A stretch of DNA of 64,000 bases, taken from NCBI GenBank assembly GCA_963668175.1, contig OY764159.1, positions 2,368,001-2,432,000 of the forward strand, read 5' to 3'. The position numbers and the translations under genes were made by a program. Under the pieces are notes generated by a model. It had not been told where the DNA came from, did no database searches, and saw only the letters and a list, made by a program, of their open reading frames with translations. Below are positions 56,968 through 64,000 of the stretch, piece by piece. Position 1 is the first letter of the stretch. Each line of letters begins with the position of its first letter. Source of the stretch: Syntrophales bacterium (GTDB taxonomy: Bacteria; Desulfobacterota; Syntrophia; Syntrophales; PHBD01).

Positions 56968-59034
56968 TTATCGGTTCCTGCCCAGCTCTTTCTTCACGGC
57001 AAGCCCGAGCGCTTCCATGAGGTAGGGCTTCCTGACATAGGCGCCCGCCCCGGCTGCCTGCGCGGCGCGCACCCTGTCCGTTTCCGAATAACCGCTCACG
57101 ATAATCGCCTTCTGCCCCGGGCGCACGGCGAGCACGCTCCGGTAGGTATCCAGCCCGTCCATGCCGGGGTCCATGATCATATCGAGAATCATCAGGTCGA
57201 CGGGGCGATCCATCAGGTACGCCACCGCCTCTTCGCCGCTGGCGACGCTCTCCACGCGATAATTCAGTTTCGTGAGCATCCGGGTCGCCAGTTTGCGCTG
57301 CCCCTCCACGTCGTCTACGACGAGAATGGATTCTCCTTTTCCCATGTATTCGGACATGGGAACGGCTGCCGTCCCCGCAGCGACGTCTTCCCTGGATGCG
57401 GGAAGATGGATGGTGAAGGTGCTTCCCTTGCCTTCTTCGCTCTCCACGTCGATGTAGCCGTCGTGGTCCTTCACCGTTCCCCAGACCACCGACAGACCCA
57501 GCCCCGTGCCGCTTCGCCCCATGACCTTTTTCGTATAGAACGGCTCGAAGATGCGTTTGAGATCGGCGGCGGGTATGCCTTCGCCCGTGTCGGAAACGGA
57601 AAGAACGACATAGTCCCCCTCGCGGACTTCTTCGTAGCCGTGAACCGGCCTGTCGAGGTAGCGGTTGCCGGTCCTGACGGTCAGGACGCCGCCGTTCGGC
57701 ATGGCCTCGTTGGCGTTGCTCATCAGGTTGAAGATCGTCTTCGTGAGATGGACGGAAGACCCGGAAACGTTCAGAAGCCCGGACTCGAGGTCGATCCTGA
57801 CCTTAACCGATGGATGGCGGGCAAGGAGTTTCAGAAATTCCGGGGAATTTTGAGAATCGCGGATGAGCGCGTTCAGATTGAGGACGGTCTTGCCGGCCAC
57901 CCCTCTCCTGGCCAGGGTCAGGAGGTCCTGGACAATGGCTGCCGCCCCCTCGCTGCCGGTCTTGATGCTGGTCAGGTAGGATCTCATGGCGCTCGTAATC
58001 CCCGGTTCGTGAAGGAGCAATTCCGAATAACCGACGACGATGCCCAGGACGTTGTTGAGGTCGTGGGCCACGCCGCCCGCCAGCGTCCCCAGCGCCTCCA
58101 TCTTTTCGGCGCGGTTCAGGCGCTCTTCCAGCATGCGCCTCTCCTCTTCCGCCTGCTTGCGGCTGGTGACGTCCCGGATGGAGATGAGGTCCGCCGGCAC
58201 GCCTTCGTACGTGATCAGCTTGCCGATGCACTCCACGCAGAGTTTCTTCCCCGAATTCGCTATCGTATAATACTGTGCCAGGTAGCCGCCGTTGCCCTGC
58301 GCCACGTCCATGAAATCCCGGACCACATCGTTCACCGATTCCGGCGCGATGAACTCCATCATGTTCCTGCCGATAAGTGCGGCGCGGTCTTCGGCTTCGA
58401 GCGCCCGGACGACGATATCGTTGACAAACAGGAGCTTGCCCTGCATGTCGATGATCATGATGCCTTCCAGGGAGTATTCGACGAGGGACCGGAACTTCGC
58501 CTCGCTGTCGCGGAGGGTTTTGGCCAGTAAGATTTGCTCCGCTTCCGACCTTTTGCGGGCGGTGATATCCCGGGACACCATGAGAATGCCCGACGGCCTG
58601 CCGTCGCCGCCGCGCAGGAAGGAAAGGCCGGCCTCCACCCAGATGACGGAGCCGTCCTTCGTGTATTCTTCCACTTCCACGATGCGCATTCTGCCGGGAT
58701 CGGCCGTGCCGCTCGCCTCCAGCTTCATCTCCTCGTCGTAGACGGCCAGGGCGAGCCGATAGGATTCCGGCGTCAGGACCCGGTCCAGGGGCTGATACAT
58801 GACTTCCTCGACGGTGAAGCCGCGAAGCCGCATGATGGCCGGACTGACATAGGTGAAGCGCAGCTCCATGTCCATGATTGCTATGACGTCGGCCGTGCTC
58901 TCCGCGATGAGGCGGTATTTCGCCTCGCTCTCCCGCAGGGCGGCATCGGCCCGGTTGCTTTCGAACGACTCTTTTTCGAGTTCCCCGATTCTTCGTTCCA
59001 GCTCTTCGTAAGTGGGTTTCCCGGTCGCAGCCAA
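56968..59034 (-). CDS. Cytoplasmic hybrid histidine kinase: 2 PAS, HisKA, HATPase, receiver
   Basis: AAGGAG RBS plus TTG; KPTYEELERRI coil; GVAHDLNN; PFYTKK..GTGLGL; LVVDDV..DMIM..KPY. Confidence 0.93.
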   Translation of the reverse strand: MAATGKPTYEELERRIGELEKESFESNRADAALRESEAKYRLIAESTADVIAIMDMELRFTYVSPAIMRLRGFTVEEVMYQPLDRVLTPESYRLALAVYDEEMKLEASGTADPGRMRIVEVEEYTKDGSVIWVEAGLSFLRGGDGRPSGILMVSRDITARKRSEAEQILLAKTLRDSEAKFRSLVEYSLEGIMIIDMQGKLLFVNDIVVRALEAEDRAALIGRNMMEFIAPESVNDVVRDFMDVAQGNGGYLAQYYTIANSGKKLCVECIGKLITYEGVPADLISIRDVTSRKQAEEERRMLEERLNRAEKMEALGTLAGGVAHDLNNVLGIVVGYSELLLHEPGITSAMRSYLTSIKTGSEGAAAIVQDLLTLARRGVAGKTVLNLNALIRDSQNSPEFLKLLARHPSVKVRIDLESGLLNVSGSSVHLTKTIFNLMSNANEAMPNGGVLTVRTGNRYLDRPVHGYEEVREGDYVVLSVSDTGEGIPAADLKRIFEPFYTKKVMGRSGTGLGLSVVWGTVKDHDGYIDVESEEGKGSTFTIHLPASREDVAAGTAAVPMSEYMGKGESILVVDDVEGQRKLATRMLTKLNYRVESVASGEEAVAYLMDRPVDLMILDMIMDPGMDGLDTYRSVLAVRPGQKAIIVSGYSETDRVRAAQAAGAGAYVRKPYLMEALGLAVKKELGRNR

Positions 59035-59245
59035 GTGGTCCTCCTTTTGAAGGGAAAGCGGGCCCCGTGACGGACATCCTTTCCCGTAGCCGTGTGTATC
59101 CCGCGGTTTGCGTCCTGTCGCCTGCCGGGGTGGAAAAGGGAGCCTTTCAGGGGCAATCGATCCGCCCGCTGCAACCCGTTTCCGAACCGGTCAAAAGGTC
59201 TGTTTCAGAAATTATCTCAAGGAGACAGGGCTCAAGATTGACGCC

Positions 59246-59402
59246 TAACCAATTATCATGCCAGGCCGGTCTACGGAAAGATGAAAAATGATTCGTATAA
59301 TAATCGGCCGGTTACAGGACTGAAAAGGCCCAAGGCGGCGGTCGCGCCGGAAAGGGCGGTCCCGTGTGTCCATTTCGCCGGAATGCGTCCGGAATAACGG
59401 AC
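59246..59402 (-). promoter_or_regulatory. Sigma-54-type promoter plus IHF-like site and tandem enhancer, copy C
   Basis: Minus TGGCAT-GATAA-TTGG (within 59246-59265); AATCGGCCGGTTA 59302-59314; GTCC-N8-GGAA-TGC-GTCC-N8-GGAC 59368-59402. Confidence 0.75.
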
Positions 59403-59563
59403 GGGCGCAAACCCTGCCGAACGACGGATCGGTTATTCAGGACGGGAATGATGTAAGGCTATGGCGTAACCGGGGCAGGGGAGGCCGGTTGAAACGGACT
59501 GCTTCGCCGGCGTCGCCCCGGGCGCGGCAAGACACCCGGGCGGACGTTCGATCTTCAATCGGG

Positions 59564-60085
59564 TTATTTCGCTTCGCCGCTGCCGATGTGCCACGCGCCG
59601 GTCTTCTGGTCGAGCTTATGGCAGCTGGTGCAGGTCCCCCTGCCGTTCGCCAGGAAATGGTTTTCCTGCCCGCCCACCAGGTGGATGGCATGAAGAAGCT
59701 TGGCGAACGGCGGCGCTTTCTGCGAATCCCGCTTGTGGCATGTCAGGCAGTCGTTCGGGATGACCTTGATCCACGATACGTCCGGGTGCTTGCCCGTGAG
59801 CACTGCGCCCGCCGGTGCAGCGGCCTTGGCTTTCGCGAATATGTCCGGGTCGGCGCCGTTTTTCCACTTGGCCAGGATGGAGGGCAGGCGGTAGTCCGCT
59901 TTACGCTCGGGAACGTTCACGTGGCAGTCCACGCAGGCGTGAGGCGTCTTGTCCGGCGTCGTGATGCCCGGAAGATCCGTAACCTTCACGCCGGATGCCT
60001 TTTCCTGTGCGGCGTTTGCCGACAAAGTAACCGCGCAGACGGCCGCTGTAAACATAACAATCACCCATATCGTTATCCGCTTCAT
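59564..60085 (-). CDS. Periplasmic triheme c-type cytochrome
   Basis: GAGGAGG RBS, signal peptide, three CxxCH motifs (CVDCH, CLTCH, CTSCH) and extra His residues. Confidence 0.85.
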   Translation of the reverse strand: MKRITIWVIVMFTAAVCAVTLSANAAQEKASGVKVTDLPGITTPDKTPHACVDCHVNVPERKADYRLPSILAKWKNGADPDIFAKAKAAAPAGAVLTGKHPDVSWIKVIPNDCLTCHKRDSQKAPPFAKLLHAIHLVGGQENHFLANGRGTCTSCHKLDQKTGAWHIGSGEAK

Positions 60086-60571
60086 GATCGCCTCCTCGAC
60101 GTGATGTGCTCATGCCCGTACGGTGTTCTCTTCTTACCTTCTGGTCCAGACCGACCCGCCGAACCCGCCGCTCTTCTCCCTGGCCACGAATTTGCCGGGC
60201 GATTCCATCTCCAGCCTCAGGTGGCCGTGGTTCATGATATGCCCTTTGGGTCCGATTCAGCTTATATGATGCGCAATGACGATGTCAAGATGCTGTCCGA
60301 TGGGGAAAGCTGTTTGTTGCCGCCTTTCTGGCAATGACGGCGCGGTCATGTTCAACACGACGTCACCGGAAATTATTAAAGGGTGTTCTGTTTACGGAGA
60401 AATTCCTTTTCCTTTTTTCTCAATATGATGAATGGCTTGTAATCATTAATGAATTGACAACCAACTTAAAACATGGTAAAAGAACCGCTAAGAAAATCAA
60501 AAGGTATCGGGCCGCGTTTCAACGTGGTTATTGCGTCGTCTTTTGCCATCTTGAAGGATGTTTTCAATAAG

Positions 60572-60591
60572 ATGGTCACAAAATGGTCACA
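60572..60591. repeat. Direct repeat ATGGTCACA x2 (11-bp period) at the islet edge
   Basis: 60572-60580 and 60583-60591; resembles tyrosine-integrase arm-type sites (inference). Confidence 0.55.
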
Positions 60592-60638
60592 GCACATCTT
60601 CATAAAATGAGTATCCTGTTCATCGAAAGGGGGCGGTT

Positions 60639-61385
60639 ATGAAAGATTTTGTGGCAATCGACTTTGAAACTGCGAATTCTCAGAGAGTGAGCGCCTGTGC
60701 TTTGGGGTACGCGAAAGTCTCTAATTCGGAAATTGTTGACACCAAAGGATACTTGATCAAGCCCATCGGGGGCCATACACCTTTTCAGTCAAAAATTCAC
60801 GGGATAAAAGAAGAACACACATTTGATAAGCCAGATTTCGGGGCACTCTTCCCAGAGATAAAAGATATATTCTATTATCCTTTGGTTGCTCACAGTTTAT
60901 TCGACAAGCAAGTCTTGCATGCGCTTTCCGAACATTTCGATTTAAAGCTGGTATTTGATTATACTGACTCAAGTTCAGTAGCTAAAGAAAAATTACCTAA
61001 TCTTATGAATTATAAATTGAAAACATGTGTTAAGTATTTCGACCTTCCGGAATTTAAACATCATGATGCCAAAGAGGATGCCATAGCTTGCGCCAAAGTC
61101 TTTTTAAAGCTTCATCTGCGTGACAACGAGCCACAAAAATTATCAAGTAGTAGTGAGCTTTCCGAGTTTAAGGGACTGCTAATCGGTATCCTCGCAGATA
61201 ATGAGGTAAATTATAAAGAGGCATATAGTCTTTTATACTGGCTTGAAGATCATCCGGGTGGTAAACAATCTCATAATGATCTTTATTGCTTACTTAAAAA
61301 CGTTCTAGCTGATGATCATCTTGACTCTATTGAAGCTATGAGAATCAAATTATCATTGGAACATACCTTAAAAGAGTTAAGATAA
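60639..61385 (+). CDS. DEDDh 3'-5' exonuclease (DnaQ-like) with C-terminal helical TerB-like domain
   Basis: FVAIDFETAN, LVAH..FD, HHDAKEDA; tail EFKGLLIGILADNEVNYKEA..VLADDHLDSIE. Confidence 0.85.
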   Translation: MKDFVAIDFETANSQRVSACALGYAKVSNSEIVDTKGYLIKPIGGHTPFQSKIHGIKEEHTFDKPDFGALFPEIKDIFYYPLVAHSLFDKQVLHALSEHFDLKLVFDYTDSSSVAKEKLPNLMNYKLKTCVKYFDLPEFKHHDAKEDAIACAKVFLKLHLRDNEPQKLSSSSELSEFKGLLIGILADNEVNYKEAYSLLYWLEDHPGGKQSHNDLYCLLKNVLADDHLDSIEAMRIKLSLEHTLKELR

Positions 61386-61669
61386 ACAGATGCGTCGCGA
61401 TTGAAAGGGGTAGGGAGGCCACCTGAAAAGCCGGATACGTCCGCCGGTTTCCCCTTCATTAAACCACCGGGATGATTGCGAGGGCGGGCAATGGAAAATA
61501 AATAGCGAGGTTCATCTCACAGTCTTGTTCGATGATTTGAGCTTCCAAAATTACTTTTAATTCATTTTCTAGGGTATTTGATTTATCAATCATCTTGATC
61601 CCCCAATCACGACAATGATCCTTTCTGCAATGTATTTTGGCAGGAAGGGAAGTGTTAATTACGCTTGCT

Positions 61670-62356
61670 TTAGGGATTTATCCTGCTGACATACTTTTCG
61701 CAATACTCAAGAAAGGTTCTATAATTACCTTTACCGTGGGCTCTTTTCGTCCTGCCGAGGACAGTTTTGTCAATCCGAGACTGGACAAAAGTGCAGACTT
61801 CTTCAAATAGATGAAGTGGTATTGAATCCCATTTTGCTCCATACTTCCGCTTGATAGCACTATAAAAAATAGGAAATCTGTATTTCTCTCCTTTTTCAGC
61901 TCTGGCAAATTCATGATATCGATCTATAAGGTATTTCAAGTAATTCCGCTTTATTGCATTTGTCCCGATTGCGTCTCGCGGTATAAGTGCCGGTCTTCTG
62001 CCGTTCTTTCCGTGGATATGAACCTCATGAGCAATAGTACCGGTGTTAACGCTTCCCATAAAGTTCATGATATATGACTTACCAGTCATTTTTGCGTTAG
62101 GATTACCCTCGTACTTCAGTATTCTCTTCTGCAAAACAACATCTGATTGAGATATTTGACCAGCCGTTATCTTCCCATGGCAGTTCCTACAAACGTAAAT
62201 AAGATTTTCTTCCGCATGCGGATTCGGAATATTCTTACCGAGAATATGGTGAAATTCCAAAGTCGTCACATCATTTTCGCCGCAAAAACCGCAAAGCCCG
62301 GCAGCTTCCTGAATAATAAGCTTCTTCGTTTTTAAGGAGATATCTTTTAGAGGCAC
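61670..62356 (-). CDS. HNH endonuclease with C-terminal ORF6C-like domain
   Basis: CGFC..LEFHHI..NLIYVCRNCHGKI; C-terminal FYSAIKRKYGAKWDSIPLHLFEEVCTFV. Confidence 0.8.
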   Translation of the reverse strand: MPLKDISLKTKKLIIQEAAGLCGFCGENDVTTLEFHHILGKNIPNPHAEENLIYVCRNCHGKITAGQISQSDVVLQKRILKYEGNPNAKMTGKSYIMNFMGSVNTGTIAHEVHIHGKNGRRPALIPRDAIGTNAIKRNYLKYLIDRYHEFARAEKGEKYRFPIFYSAIKRKYGAKWDSIPLHLFEEVCTFVQSRIDKTVLGRTKRAHGKGNYRTFLEYCEKYVSRINP

Positions 62357-62434
62357 AGGGATCTTCTTTCAGCTAGATTTTAACGGTTTTCTTCCTTTCG
62401 CTGCTTAACCGACAAATCTTTGATGCCCAATTAT

Positions 62435-63289
62435 CTATCTCTTGTCTCTCTGTTTCTTTCTAGCCGCCCGCTCTACCATGCGTAACATCTTTTCGGAGTG
62501 ATTATTGTCTGAAAAAGCATTTCCACTATCTTCGTAATCAGCCCATGTGTGTCCTGAAATATCGGAAGGTGGTGTGGGGCAGTCTTTCATTTTAATCGGC
62601 AAGACTCTTATCCCCCATGTCAGGGCAACACCCATTTCTAACATTACATTTGGATTTAAGTCAGATGTATCAAATACAGCTATATCTGCAGATATGATGT
62701 CACGACAAATTTCATTGAACAAATGCGCGCCGTAACCAGCGGCTAAAGGACGAAAATCAAGAACAACAGATATTGCATTTCTCAAAGAGTTGTATTCACT
62801 AACAGCACGTTTAAAGCTGTTTTCCAAGTTATTCTTTAATTTTTCTGTATCGTAATAGGATGATTTAAATTGGTATCCAAAAACGACTGACAGTGTATTG
62901 CCTCTTGATTTTTTATCAGCAACAATTTCCCAGTCTTCGTCTTTGAAACCATATGGTGAGCCGACTGGCACAGCGGGCTCATAAATCATTGTCTTTGCGG
63001 TGGACAAACCTTGTTGATATTCTTTTTCAGCTTGTTCATATTCTATTTTACCTCTGGGGGTTATCCAAACACATGAAAAATCATATGGTGCTGTTCCAAA
63101 TTCCTGATCCCATTCAACATAAGTAGCATCAAGAAGAATACTGACTGCGTCATTGATCTCTTGGGGTGTAAGTTTGGTCAATTCTTGAAGACTTTTTCCA
63201 TCCAACTGAGGATTGTTCGATGATCCAAAAGCAGCACGATATAATTCTTCAAGAACCCTCGCCGCATTTTCTTCCACCGTCTTTGCCAT
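62435..63289 (-). CDS. wHTH plus nucleoside 2-deoxyribosyltransferase/TIR-like domain protein
   Basis: AAGGA RBS; N-terminal ..INDAVSILLDATYV..ITPRGKIEYE; C-terminal ICRDIISADIAVFDTSDLNPNVMLEMGVA..PPSDISG. Confidence 0.72.
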   Translation of the reverse strand: MAKTVEENAARVLEELYRAAFGSSNNPQLDGKSLQELTKLTPQEINDAVSILLDATYVEWDQEFGTAPYDFSCVWITPRGKIEYEQAEKEYQQGLSTAKTMIYEPAVPVGSPYGFKDEDWEIVADKKSRGNTLSVVFGYQFKSSYYDTEKLKNNLENSFKRAVSEYNSLRNAISVVLDFRPLAAGYGAHLFNEICRDIISADIAVFDTSDLNPNVMLEMGVALTWGIRVLPIKMKDCPTPPSDISGHTWADYEDSGNAFSDNNHSEKMLRMVERAARKKQRDKR

Positions 63290-63894
63290 TTTTATTTCCT
63301 TCGTAGCCAGTGGGCAATAGGAGACTAATTTAAGGACGGTTCTTCTATCATATGATATTGTCGACAAATGAACCGACCCTAAAATACAATACAGCAAATC
63401 CAAGAAGAGAATATTTGGGATCAAGGGATTCAAAAAGTTTTCTGAACCTAAATATATCCTCTGTCAAGAAAAATATCAGTAAAGTTTAGTCAAAATAAAT
63501 AATCAGCCCGCAAACCATATGCAATCCTTTCTCAGCAGGCCATCGTCCGGGCATCGGCAGGATCGTGATGTTTTTCCTTGAAGGTTCGTTTTGATTCTTG
63601 GCGGATTGCGAGGGTGTTCAACGTGGCCGTTCGGCGGACGCCCATCTATCACGCGGTTTATCGCGTCAATAGCCTTTGCGTGGCTTGTCGTGCGGTTTGC
63701 AGCGTGCAGGGGAGGGGCGTTCAGTCTCTCGGGGCGTCTGCTTTTGCTGTGCCCGGAAGGCTGCGGTCCGCGAAGGGAAGTTCGCCCTGGTCCTTGCGCC
63801 GCCGGACGGTTCGCGCGGCCTTGACGGCCTTGTCCCCGTCGGGCTTCCGGTCTTCGTTGACGTAGACCGTCTGCGGCGGCAGGCCGCGGTCCGG

Positions 63895-64000
63895 CTAAGG
63901 GCGGTCCAGTTCCCTACGGACGGCGGGGCCGATGCTTTCCCGGCGGTAGGGCTTCCTGACAAAAGTCCCGCCGCCCGGGCACATCCCGCCTCGTGACGGT
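63895..64000 (-). other. 3' end of a receiver-domain gene or remnant running off the window
   Basis: GTFVRKPYRRESIGPAVRRELDRP* resembles GAYVRKPYLMEALGLAVKKELGR of 56968..59034; the preceding codons look degenerate. Confidence 0.55.

Noticed and set aside
60431..60447. tRNA-Thr(TGT)-like anticodon arm AATGG-CTTGTAA-TCATT near the islet border
   Set aside because: No D arm, T arm or acceptor stem; too short to call a tRNA or att site
63660..63705. c-di-GMP-I riboswitch-like GCAAACC..ACGCAAAG on the minus strand
   Set aside because: No GNRA-capped P2 stem and no GG to pair with CC; the spacing does not fit

Overview
GC-rich chromosomal window from an anaerobic bacterium. The gene content (Tat flavocytochrome-c flavoproteins, multi-PAS hybrid kinases, sigma-54 promoters, PEP-CTERM proteins, ADP-forming acyl-CoA ligase) suggests a Desulfobacterota/Syntrophales-like organism, which is an inference. 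The GC-rich backbone carries redox and signalling genes: 4 flavocytochrome-c/fumarate-reductase-family flavoproteins, 3 PAS hybrid histidine kinases, an MCP, an adenylate cyclase, an alpha-2-macroglobulin/pbpC pair, two exported caspase-fold proteases, a Ser/Thr kinase, radical SAM enzymes, a QueG-like protein and a triheme cytochrome. It is interrupted by several AT-rich islets (Qac-type SMR; tcmP plus DUF5131; PEP-CTERM pair; an orphan lipoprotein; an exonuclease/HNH/NDT-like candidate defence islet) and one intact IS3-family (IS2-group) element with a 5-bp target duplication. Highlights: (1) all three hybrid kinases share one upstream architecture (non-canonical sigma-54 site, IHF-like site, tandem GTCC-N8-GGA(A/C) enhancer) at conserved spacing; (2) a kinase with a PH-like N-terminus and Pro-rich linker near CHAT and caspase proteases; (3) a three-gene candidate defence islet with unusual domain fusions; (4) a hairpin family following four consecutive genes; (5) several single-base frameshifts and gene remnants. 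No rRNA, tRNA or CRISPR array was seen. All domain calls are from motif recognition by eye, not database searches.
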